Shown piece by piece: positions 49,796-58,568 of a stretch of 64,000 nt of DNA. Source of the DNA: Thermodesulfobacteriota bacterium (lineage in GTDB: Bacteria; Desulfobacterota; Desulfobulbia; Desulfobulbales; SURF-16). The notes beneath the pieces are model-generated. The model was not told the origin of the DNA. It did not search any database and saw only the letters and a program-made list of their open reading frames with translations. Within the stretch, counting starts at the first letter, position 1. Each line of letters begins with the position of its first letter. Location: NCBI GenBank assembly GCA_039715015.1, contig JBDLIE010000008.1:1-64000 (forward strand), in the 5' to 3' direction. The position numbers and the translations under genes were made by a program.

Positions 49796-50794
49796 TTAAC
49801 ATTTTTCCCTTAGCAAGGCAAAGAAAAGAACCTCGCAGACCAGGGTGCGGTTGCAGTTACGCAGGAGCTGGCGGCGGGCCTGGTCGATATGGTCGATGGC
49901 GGCCAGCAGGCCGGATTGGCTCCAGTGGTGCTGGCCATCCTCAAGAAGAGCCGCAAGGTCATGGTTGATGAGCTGCCCTTTTTTTTCAAAGGCAAGCACA
50001 GTGAGGTCACGCAGCCAGGTGGTGAGAAGGTCAAAAAGCTCGCCGAGATTTTCCTTGAGGGCAGCGGCCTGGGCAGCCAGACCATAGACCAGATCAACCG
50101 CCTCGGGGCTGCTTGGGTCGAGGTTGGTCAGGGTGTCGATCATCTCCCTGCGTAACTCAAGAAGGCCCATGCCGTCCAAAAGCACGGCCCGGCCAGGGCT
50201 GCCCTCGGCCACAGCGGCTAAGGTCAATGCCTGGCTGGAGGCCACCTCCGGGCTGAGCAGACCGGCAACCTCTTGGCAGGTTAAGGGTGAAAAGGGCACG
50301 AGCTGACAGCGCGATAGAATGGTGGGCAGGATGCCGCCCGCCTCATCGCCGGTGAGAACCAGCAGGGTGTCAGGTGGCGGTTCCTCCAGGGTTTTAAGCA
50401 GGGAGTTTGCCACCTCGGGCCGCCGCATGGTGTCGTGGATGTCCGGCAGGATCACCACCCTGGTTTTAGCCTCAAAGGGGGGGTAGGTCAGGTCTTTTTG
50501 CAGTTGGCGAATCTGGGCAATTTTGATGCCTGCCCCCTGGGGTTCAATAACAAGAAGATCGGGGTGGTTGTCAGAGTTGAATTTCTTGCAGGAAGGGCAG
50601 CTGCCGCAGGAATCATTGTTTGCTGGCGAAGTGCAATTTATAAAGGCGGCAAAGGCCCGGGCCAGCATTTTTTTACCCACGCCGCTGGGACCCTTGAAGA
50701 GGTAGGCGTGGCTCATCTTTTCCTTGGCAAAGGAGGAGAGGAGAAAGCTTTTGGCCTTGGTCTGGCCTATGACAGTGGAGAGAGGTATAAGCAT
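49796..50794 (-). CDS. holB: DNA polymerase III delta' subunit
   Basis: HAYLF.GP.GVGK, C..SCGSCPSC, HPD, ANSLLKTLEEPP, LPTILSRC. Confidence 0.95.
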   Translation of the reverse strand: MLIPLSTVIGQTKAKSFLLSSFAKEKMSHAYLFKGPSGVGKKMLARAFAAFINCTSPANNDSCGSCPSCKKFNSDNHPDLLVIEPQGAGIKIAQIRQLQKDLTYPPFEAKTRVVILPDIHDTMRRPEVANSLLKTLEEPPPDTLLVLTGDEAGGILPTILSRCQLVPFSPLTCQEVAGLLSPEVASSQALTLAAVAEGSPGRAVLLDGMGLLELRREMIDTLTNLDPSSPEAVDLVYGLAAQAAALKENLGELFDLLTTWLRDLTVLAFEKKGQLINHDLAALLEDGQHHWSQSGLLAAIDHIDQARRQLLRNCNRTLVCEVLFFALLREKC

Positions 50795-50865
50795 AGTGTA
50801 ATTTTTTATTTGATTACCCCCATGTTTCAGCCATTATCTCATCATCAGGCGACAAATAGGGACCT

Positions 50866-50990
50866 GTAGGAGCTCACCCCTGTGAGCGATGGACTACCTG
50901 GCGAGTCAGAGTTGTCTCTTTATCGTCCGCAGGGCCGGGTGCCCCGCAGGAGATAAGCGAAGACTTCAAATACCCTTGGCGTCCTCCTAC
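50866..50990. repeat. REP doublet, locus 3; right arm interrupted by a 44-bp insert (50940-50983)
   Basis: Left arm identical to 3163-3187; right arm ATCGTCCGCAGGGCCGGG-[44 bp]-CTCCTAC. Confidence 0.8.
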
Positions 50991-51123
50991 GGCACCATCC
51001 CAGGAAGGTGGCTGAGATTAGATGGAAATCAGAATTTTTTATAGCAAGGCGCCCTGTGGAAACTCTTTTGAGGAAGAGTAGCAGGCCCTTGCAGGTTGTC
51101 AAGTTCTAACCTATCTTGCCAGG

Positions 51124-51546
51124 ATGAACAGTTTCAAACTCCATCGTTGGTTTTTAGTTTTTCTCATCATGGCGGTAATTTGTCTGAGTGGCGGCTGCTC
51201 GTCCGGCTCCGGCGCGATAACACGTTTAACATTGCACTCCTTGGTTGACGAGGGGACAGCCCCGGTTGTTGTTGATGTCCGTAGTGGAGGCGAATATGCC
51301 GAGGGCCATATCCCGGGCGCCATCCACATCCCTTTCTATTCCGTCGGCAAGCGTCATGCAGAGATCAGCTCTGATAAGGATAGCCCTGTGGTGGTTTATT
51401 GCGCCCATGGCCCCCGGGCCTGGTGGGCTTCTTTTGTCTTACGCCGCAAGGGTTTTAGCCGGGTGGCCATCCTGGAGGGCCATTTTAAAAAATGGCAGGA
51501 AAGCGGCTTTATCCCTGATAAAAAAAGCACTAGATTTTTTGAATGA
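51124..51546 (+). CDS. Rhodanese-like domain (lipo)protein
   Basis: Lipoprotein-like signal (LSGGC); DVR..EY..GHIPGA, VVYCAHGPRA, LEG. Confidence 0.88.
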   Translation: MNSFKLHRWFLVFLIMAVICLSGGCSSGSGAITRLTLHSLVDEGTAPVVVDVRSGGEYAEGHIPGAIHIPFYSVGKRHAEISSDKDSPVVVYCAHGPRAWWASFVLRRKGFSRVAILEGHFKKWQESGFIPDKKSTRFFE

Positions 51547-51717
51547 TCTTAGCTGGTTGTCCTGTGTGAGCTTCTTTTGCTATCATCTTTCTGTTTGCCA
51601 GGCCTGGCAAATACTGTATGTCTAAAAAGTGAAGTTGCGGCATCTTGTCACACCTCCTCGGCCTTCTGGCCAAGATATGGACCAGGGGATGTTATGGGAC
51701 GATGTACCGTCATGTGA

Positions 51718-51760
51718 AAATAGCCATATGGCTATTTGGCGCTGGCCATATGGCTATTTT
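51718..51760. promoter_or_regulatory. Perfect 20-bp palindrome plus a second partial copy (candidate operator)
   Basis: AAATAGCCATATGGCTATTT (51718-51737), then GGCCATATGGCTATTTT (51744-51760). Confidence 0.5.
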
Positions 51761-51865
51761 CTTCTGGTTAGGTTCAGTGTGCCCGGATTTCTCTGGCATT
51801 CCCTCTTTCTTTCAACTTGTTAATCTTACATGAAAATTTTCCCAAATTGTGACAATTTGTCGCAG

Positions 51866-51881
51866 CGGCATTGGTTTTGCT
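51866..51881 (+). promoter_or_regulatory. Possible sigma-54 promoter of the multiheme cytochrome gene
   Basis: CGGCATTGGTTTTGCT with correct -24/-12 spacing. Confidence 0.45.
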
Positions 51882-52070
51882 TTATGGCAACTATACTTTG
51901 ATCTCTCGACCATGACCTCCATCACAGGGTTTGTGGTTTTAGAATTTAATATCTCCAGAGTGTCTTTGAACCGCTTGATTTTATCAAAAAACAACACGGG
52001 AAAAGGAGGAATCCCAAAATAATTGGCCACAATCAATAAAGAAAAGAAATACTAGTGCTAGGAGAGAAAA

Positions 52071-53960
52071 ATGATAAAAAAAGGAGCATTACTATGCGCC
52101 CTGGTGATGACAGTGGGCCTTGGCGCCCAGGATGTCTTTGCAGCTAAGCCCGTAGATAATGATGGTGATGGTTACAACGCAAGCGAGGATTGTAATGATT
52201 CTGATCCCACCGTTTGGGTCCTCAACACCTGTGGCAGATGTGAAGTAGAGCCCGTAGGAGGTTTTTGTCTGCCAGACATTAACCCCAATCATGCAGATAT
52301 AACCGGTACCTTTAACACTCCGGCAGAAGTCACCGCCAAATGCCTTGAGTGTCATGCTGCTGAGGGTTTTGCCGCCGCTAACTCGTTACACGGTATGAAG
52401 CCCACTGCCGCACCCAATGTCACAAACATGACCCGCGATAGCCAGAAGTTAAGTGAGATTAATACATTCTGCAGCTATCCTAACCCAGATATGGCAGGGG
52501 CCGCCTGTCTCGGCTGCCATCCTACCTTAGGCAAGACCGAAAATCTGGTTGCCGCAGACCTCGACTGTCTGCGCTGTCATAATGACGCCTATGCCCGTGC
52601 CTTTCCAGGTGATCCTGATCCCGCCAACCATGATACTATTATTGACTGGCAGGGAACCGAAAAAACCTATATCCCAGCTGACCGGGATGATGTCACCGGC
52701 GAGTTCTATGTCGCCTTTAAGTGGGCTTCCATGCCCGGTGCTACCGCCCTTGACCTGATCAAAACAGCCCATAAGCCCACCACCAAGACCTGTCTGAGCT
52801 GTCATGCCAAGGCCGGCGGCGGTGACTGGACCAAACGCGGCGATATCGGTCTGTCCACCAAGGATCCTTCCAGTGCGGAAGATGTCCATCTGGCCTCTGT
52901 GGCCAATGGCGGTGCTGGCCTGAGTTGTTCGAGCTGCCATGTGCCATCAAGCCACGCCGTTCCTGGCCGTGGTATTGATCTGCGTCCCACTGAGGGCGGA
53001 GCTGTGAAGGCCTGTATCGAGTGCCATCCTGGCATGGATTCAGGTGGTCATGCTGCTGCCGGCGCTCGGGTTGAGCCGGATCGCCATACGCCGCGCGTTG
53101 CCTGTCAGTCCTGTCATATCCCTGCCTTTGGTAAAGGAGGAGCCACTGAGATGTCGCGTGACTGGACCCATCCTGAGTGGAATCAGGCCCTGTGTAGTGG
53201 TCAAGGTGCCTGGGCTGGTTTGGAGCTTAAGGAAGCCAATGTTGCTCCGAAACATGTCTTTTTTGACGGCACCAGTTATGTCTACGCCCTTGGCGAGACC
53301 CTGTCCAAGGTTGATCCTATCAGCGGTCTTGATCTGGTGGCGGATGCCAACGGTGACGTCAATGATGCCTTTGGAGTCAGCAAAATGGTGCCCATTAAAC
53401 GTCATTGGTCCAATATGGCGGTGATGAGTGACGGGCCTGATGCCGGTAAGGTCATTCCTTATGATGTGGTTTGGCAGTTTAAGACCGGTCTTGCTGACGA
53501 GGCAGCTGAAAGAGGTAAGGCGTATGCCGGTTACGTCGGAAACCATGAGTGGAAGAAGCTGGAAGCAGAAATGGCCATTAACCATGGCGTAAGCCCTGCT
53601 TCTGATGTGGCTGAGTGTACCAGCTGTCATCATGCCAGCGGTGACTTCCTCGTCGAAACCACAAGTAAGCTTGATGAGCTTGGTTATGCCCTCAAGGATG
53701 CCGATAAAAACGGTGTTGTTGATGCGGCAGACAAGGCCATGATCTGTAGCCAGTGTCATGCCGAGAAGAGCCTCAAGCGTGACTGGGAGGGGATGCATAA
53801 CCATACCGGAAAAGGCTCCGGCATCGGCTGTACCTTCTGTCATGACATCGAGCGTCCTGAGCGTGGCTTAAGTGAACCCTGTAACCCTGATGGCACCGAG
53901 AACACCGCTGCCATCAATGAGTTCGTTGACACCAACTACTATGATCACTGTACCCCATAG
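52071..53960 (+). CDS. Decaheme c-type cytochrome with octaheme tetrathionate reductase (OTR)-like core
   Basis: Signal peptide; 10 CxxCH motifs; OTR-like EVTAKCLECH, K..INTFC, CHAKAGGG..KRGD, DVH, CQSCHIP, INHGV; AGGAG RBS. Confidence 0.85.
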   Translation: MIKKGALLCALVMTVGLGAQDVFAAKPVDNDGDGYNASEDCNDSDPTVWVLNTCGRCEVEPVGGFCLPDINPNHADITGTFNTPAEVTAKCLECHAAEGFAAANSLHGMKPTAAPNVTNMTRDSQKLSEINTFCSYPNPDMAGAACLGCHPTLGKTENLVAADLDCLRCHNDAYARAFPGDPDPANHDTIIDWQGTEKTYIPADRDDVTGEFYVAFKWASMPGATALDLIKTAHKPTTKTCLSCHAKAGGGDWTKRGDIGLSTKDPSSAEDVHLASVANGGAGLSCSSCHVPSSHAVPGRGIDLRPTEGGAVKACIECHPGMDSGGHAAAGARVEPDRHTPRVACQSCHIPAFGKGGATEMSRDWTHPEWNQALCSGQGAWAGLELKEANVAPKHVFFDGTSYVYALGETLSKVDPISGLDLVADANGDVNDAFGVSKMVPIKRHWSNMAVMSDGPDAGKVIPYDVVWQFKTGLADEAAERGKAYAGYVGNHEWKKLEAEMAINHGVSPASDVAECTSCHHASGDFLVETTSKLDELGYALKDADKNGVVDAADKAMICSQCHAEKSLKRDWEGMHNHTGKGSGIGCTFCHDIERPERGLSEPCNPDGTENTAAINEFVDTNYYDHCTP

Positions 53961-53982
53961 TTAGTTAAGCATACGTTCTCGT

Positions 53983-54018
53983 AAAAAAAGGCCGCCCCGC
54001 AAGGGGTGGCCTTTTTTT
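53983..54018 (+). terminator. Intrinsic terminator after the cytochrome gene
   Basis: A7-GGCCGCCCC-GCAA-GGGGTGGCC-T7. Confidence 0.85.
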
Positions 54019-54200
54019 ATGTTCTTCACAAATGAGCGTGGAATTTTTGTCGTTAGGAACGTCTTTTTGCAGTTCTTTTTTAAACGAGTAGCAGCGACGC
54101 GGGTGAAAAGGAATAAAAGGATATTGCTGCTAAAAAGATCAATGCAACAAACAACTCTCCCGCGCTAACCCGTGAAGAGCCTTTTTTGAAGCACGATGCT

Positions 54201-54284
54201 GTAGGAGCCCGGCCCTCCGGGCGATTAGAAGCAATTTTTCAGCTCAAGCCTTCCCTCGTATCGCCCGGAGGGCCGGGCTCCTAC
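54201..54284. repeat. REP doublet, locus 4 (perfect inverted pair)
   Basis: GTAGGAGCCCGGCCCTCCGGGCGAT at 54201-54225 and its exact reverse complement at 54260-54284. Confidence 0.88.
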
Positions 54285-54461
54285 AAATTAAGCTACTCAT
54301 GCAACCATGCGCTATAACGATAAATGGTGGGCTGAGTTTCGTTGGTAAGCACATTTTTTTATGTATCACATAAAACCTTGAAAGCAGCTGGACCCAGCGG
54401 CGACCAGGGCCATATGGTGTCATAGCCAGCAGGCCGCCGGCAATATATTCCTCCTCATATC

Positions 54462-56822
54462 CTAAAAGCGAAACTGAAAGCCGCCGCCAAAGCCGAAGTC
54501 GGAGTGCCAGTTGCCCACCAGGGAGAGGTTTTGATCCAGGGTGTATCTGAGGCCGGTGCCGCCCTGCCAATCCTCCACCGTGTCATACTCTACCTCGCCA
54601 TAGAGAGAGAGGCGGGGGGTGAGGTCAAAGCTTTTTTCCAGGCCAATCCTCGCTTCGCCATCCGTGTCAAGCCACATGGTTGATTCGATATTCAGCGGCA
54701 AAAGATAGGTGAGACCTGCCATGGCCCGGCTCCTTTCAAACTCGTCCTCAGCGTCGCCCTCAACATACTGGCCGATAAAGATGGTGGTGAAACGGTTAAG
54801 GTAATAATCCCAGCGCAGCTCTCCTTCCCACTCATTTTCATCAACATCCTGCCAGCCCCCTTGCCATTCGGCAGAAATGATGTGGCGGGTGTTGCTGGCC
54901 ATCAGGATTCCTTCCGTCATCTGGCTGAGCAGGTCAACCTCACCCCAGAAATACCAAGGGTCCTTGTAGAGGTTGGGGCGGACAGCCATAACCTCAGGGC
55001 CGGGATTGAAGTTGTCATACTCCACCACCCGGGCCATGCCGCTTTTCATGTGATAGAGAAGATGGCAGTGGAAGAACCAGTCGCCCGCCTCATTGGCGTC
55101 AAACTCAATGACCGTGGTGGACATGGGCGCCACATCCACTGTGTGTTTTAAGGGAGAATAATCACCCTGGCCATTGACCACCCGAAAGAAATGGCCGTGC
55201 AGATGCATAGGGTGATGCATCATGGTGCGGTTGATCATGATGAAACGGGCAACTTCCCCTTCCTTGATTTGGATGGAGTCACTCTCTGCCAGGGTTTTAT
55301 TATTCAGGGTCCAGATGTAGCGCTCCATATCGCCATCAAGGGTGAGACGGATTTCCCGCACCGGTTTTGCCTCGCCTGCAAGGGCGGTTTTGCGGAGGGC
55401 CCGTAGTTCTTTGTATGGCGTGAGGGGGCGGCGTGGATCCATGCCATCAACAGCCAGTTCAGGGGCTGAAGCGATGTCAGGTCCCAGGATGCTAAAATTG
55501 GCAGCAAACTGCTTGCCGCCTCTTGCCGGAGCTTGTGGCCGGCCATGGGCCATGGCCATGGAATGTTGCTGGTGGCCGTTAGGGCGGGCCATCTGGTGTT
55601 GGGAGTGGTCGGTCATTTTGTGCTGCTCACCCCTGTCATGGCCGGCATGACCAGAAGGGTGGCTGGTATTGCCGTGGCCCATGCCATCCATGCCCTCCAT
55701 GCCTGCCATGCCGGGCTTGTCGAGGTCACCACGATCCACCTTGGCGTCTTCCATGCCCATGGAGCCTGCCGGGGTCAGGGCAAAGACATCTGCAAGATTG
55801 AAGTGGCCCATGCCTTGATAGAGGTTGGGTTTGGGAAGATTGGTGGCATAGGTCTTATGGCCTGCACCAAGCCAGACAGAAGCGTAGCCAGAGCCGTCAT
55901 GGGCCGTGGCCCGCAGTTCATAGGAGCCATGGGCAGGCATGGTGATAAGCACATCATAGGTCTCGGCCACACCGATCAAAAAGCGGTCTTTGTCAACAGG
56001 TACAACCCGTTGGCCGTCTGCGGCAATAATGGCCATGGGGCCGCCGGCAAATTCCAGGTGGAAATAGGTGGTGGCTGAGCCGTCAATGATCCGTAGCCGT
56101 ATCGTTTCTCCCGGCAGAGCCTTTAAAGAGGTCTCGGCCTGACCGTTGGCAAGAAAGCAGTCATAGGCGATGTCGGCAATATCCATGGGCGGCATGCGCT
56201 GTAATTCCCTGGTGAAATAGTCGCCTAGTTTACCGGCCTTTGCAGCACCGAAGATGCTCTGGCCGCTGCCCTTTTCAAGGGCATACCATTCGCTGCCCCG
56301 CTTCAAGGTGCGCAAGACAGCATGGGGGTCCTCATCTGTCCAATCTGAGAGCAGGATCACATGGCCGCGGTCCGCCTTGATGTCAGGTTGGGGTGGGGCG
56401 ATAACAATGGAACCGTAGACCCCCCGCTGCTCCTGGAGGCTGGTGTGAGAGTGGTACCAGTAGGTGCCACTCTGACGGATGGGAAACTCGTAGGTAAAGG
56501 TGGTGCCGGCGGCAATGGGGGGAAAACTGATATTGGGCACACCATCCATCTCAGGAGGCACCAGAAGTCCGTGCCAGTGGATGGAGGATTCCACATTCAT
56601 TTTATTGTGCACCTTGATGCGGGCAAAATCACCTTCCTTGAAGGTGAGAGTGGGGCCGGGAATGCTGCCATTGATGGTCATGGCCTGGGCTGGCTGGCCA
56701 GTGTAATTCATCTCTTTTTGCTCAAGGGTCAGCTCGTACTCAACGGTGGCGGCTTGTAGCAAGAATAGGGGGGGAAAGAGAAAAAAAATAAAAGAGGTAA
56801 AGGAGAAAATTTTCAAATGCAT
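54462..56822 (-). CDS. Multicopper oxidase (CopA/PcoA-like) with His/Met-rich linker and C-terminal beta-barrel-like domain
   Basis: HWHG, WYHSH, HPMHLHGH, HCHLLYHM; amphipathic C-terminal strands ending FQFRF. Confidence 0.9.
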   Translation of the reverse strand: MHLKIFSFTSFIFFLFPPLFLLQAATVEYELTLEQKEMNYTGQPAQAMTINGSIPGPTLTFKEGDFARIKVHNKMNVESSIHWHGLLVPPEMDGVPNISFPPIAAGTTFTYEFPIRQSGTYWYHSHTSLQEQRGVYGSIVIAPPQPDIKADRGHVILLSDWTDEDPHAVLRTLKRGSEWYALEKGSGQSIFGAAKAGKLGDYFTRELQRMPPMDIADIAYDCFLANGQAETSLKALPGETIRLRIIDGSATTYFHLEFAGGPMAIIAADGQRVVPVDKDRFLIGVAETYDVLITMPAHGSYELRATAHDGSGYASVWLGAGHKTYATNLPKPNLYQGMGHFNLADVFALTPAGSMGMEDAKVDRGDLDKPGMAGMEGMDGMGHGNTSHPSGHAGHDRGEQHKMTDHSQHQMARPNGHQQHSMAMAHGRPQAPARGGKQFAANFSILGPDIASAPELAVDGMDPRRPLTPYKELRALRKTALAGEAKPVREIRLTLDGDMERYIWTLNNKTLAESDSIQIKEGEVARFIMINRTMMHHPMHLHGHFFRVVNGQGDYSPLKHTVDVAPMSTTVIEFDANEAGDWFFHCHLLYHMKSGMARVVEYDNFNPGPEVMAVRPNLYKDPWYFWGEVDLLSQMTEGILMASNTRHIISAEWQGGWQDVDENEWEGELRWDYYLNRFTTIFIGQYVEGDAEDEFERSRAMAGLTYLLPLNIESTMWLDTDGEARIGLEKSFDLTPRLSLYGEVEYDTVEDWQGGTGLRYTLDQNLSLVGNWHSDFGFGGGFQFRF

Positions 56823-57082
56823 GATGCGCTAACCTCCATGCTGAATTATAAAGATCAAGGACTTTATCTAAAGAAAATATTAGGGGAAATCTATTGTTAA
56901 GTAAATAGTGGATAAAGATAGACCTACGTGAGAGTTTATTTCGTTTTTTAGAAGAATGAGGTGTGGCATCTATTTTTCTTAAAATAATCAAGGCGTGGTA
57001 CCATGAGTTTTCAGGCTAAAAGGTTAAGCGCTAAAAGGGGTAACCCCTCACCCAAATGTAAACGGGGTGCTTTGCAGGAGGT

Positions 57083-58543
57083 ATGCAGGTGAAACGATCC
57101 ATAATTTCCGCCATGGGTGGAATTTTCGCACTTCTCATCTTGACCGGTTCCGGTTGCATGAAGGAACAAGTCCAAGGGGCTAAGGATCTAGATGGTCAGC
57201 TGGCAAAAATAATCAATGAACACTCTTTGACTGGGGATCCCAGCAAAGGGCGGGATCCTGTTAAAATTGACAGCTCCGTAGCTCAGTTGGGCATGAAATT
57301 ATTCTTTTCAAAATCGCTTAGTCTGGAGGGAGATACGGCTTGTGTGAGCTGCCATCACCCCTTTCTTGGTGGTGGAGACAATCTTCCTCTGCCCATAGGG
57401 GTTGAGGCTGTTAATGCAGATATTCTGGGTGAAGGAAGAACACATCCCGGTGGTGTTTTCACAGTGCCAAGGAACTCTCCCACCACCTTCAATGCCGGCC
57501 TGTGGAAAAAAGCGCTTTTTTTTGATGGCCGGGTGGAAGTTTTAGGTGAAAAGAATGGCAATATGACCATCCGGACACCGGATTCCGATTTTGGCGTGGC
57601 TGACCCCAAGGCAGGCAACAGTCTTCTTGAGGCCCAGGCCCGTTTTCCTGTCACTTCTGTTGATGAGATGCGTGGCAGGGCGACAGAAGTGATGGCAGAT
57701 ATTCGAAAAGACCGGCAGCAAGTACGTCGCCGTCTGGTTCAGCGTCTTGCCGAAAATAATTGGACGCAAGAATTCAAGCGCGCTTTTCCAGGTTATAAAG
57801 AGCCAAAATCACTCATAAGTTACGCCCATATTGCCAAGGCCATCAGCGCTTATGAGGAGTCCCAGCTCTTTATTAACAATCCCTGGCGGTCATATGTGCA
57901 GGGTAATACTTCTGCCATAAGCCAATCCGCTAAACGCGGAGCGCTTCTCTTTTTTAAAGGGGTCAATCAGGGGGGTACCGGTTGTGCCGCATGCCATAGC
58001 GGTGATTTTTTTAGCGACGAGAATTTTTATGTACTCTGCATTCCCCAGGTGGGAGTCGGCAAGGGTGATGGCGAGACCGGAACCGATGATTTTGGACGGT
58101 TCCGGGAGACCGGCAACCCTTTAGACACGCATGCCTTCCGCACTCAATCGCTTCTCAATGTTGAGGTCACAGGGCCATATGGCCACTCAGGTTTTTATGG
58201 AAGTTTAGAAGAGGTTGTCCGCCACCATTCCTCTCCAGCAAAGGCCGTTGCCAGGTGTAATTTCGAGGAGCTTGACCCCATGATTCCAAGTAAGGATGCC
58301 GAAAAAAACACTAAGGATGTCTTGGCCCATCTTCAAAGAAATAAGGACCAGGGCATTGCAACCCTTACCGAATTTTCCTTAAGCGATGGTCAGCTCACTG
58401 ATATTGTCAACTTTCTAAAGTCTCTCACTGATCCCTGCGTCAAAGACAAGGAATGTCTTAAACCATGGGTCCTGGGCCCTGATATGCAAGGTCCAGACGG
58501 CTCTTTGTTGAGGGCCATTGATGAGCAGGGACGTCCTCTGTAA
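57083..58543 (+). CDS. Di-heme cytochrome c peroxidase / MauG superfamily lipoprotein
   Basis: Lipobox GSGC; LG.KLFF..LS, CVSCH, RNSPT..N, FFDGR, CAACH, FRT.SLLNV..TGPY.H.G. Confidence 0.88.
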   Translation: MQVKRSIISAMGGIFALLILTGSGCMKEQVQGAKDLDGQLAKIINEHSLTGDPSKGRDPVKIDSSVAQLGMKLFFSKSLSLEGDTACVSCHHPFLGGGDNLPLPIGVEAVNADILGEGRTHPGGVFTVPRNSPTTFNAGLWKKALFFDGRVEVLGEKNGNMTIRTPDSDFGVADPKAGNSLLEAQARFPVTSVDEMRGRATEVMADIRKDRQQVRRRLVQRLAENNWTQEFKRAFPGYKEPKSLISYAHIAKAISAYEESQLFINNPWRSYVQGNTSAISQSAKRGALLFFKGVNQGGTGCAACHSGDFFSDENFYVLCIPQVGVGKGDGETGTDDFGRFRETGNPLDTHAFRTQSLLNVEVTGPYGHSGFYGSLEEVVRHHSSPAKAVARCNFEELDPMIPSKDAEKNTKDVLAHLQRNKDQGIATLTEFSLSDGQLTDIVNFLKSLTDPCVKDKECLKPWVLGPDMQGPDGSLLRAIDEQGRPL

Positions 58544-58568
58544 CCAATTTGTCTGAAAGCCTGATTTG

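Noticed and set aside
46813..50794. holB-PSP1-metG as a novel system
   Set aside because: This is a well-known conserved housekeeping gene order.
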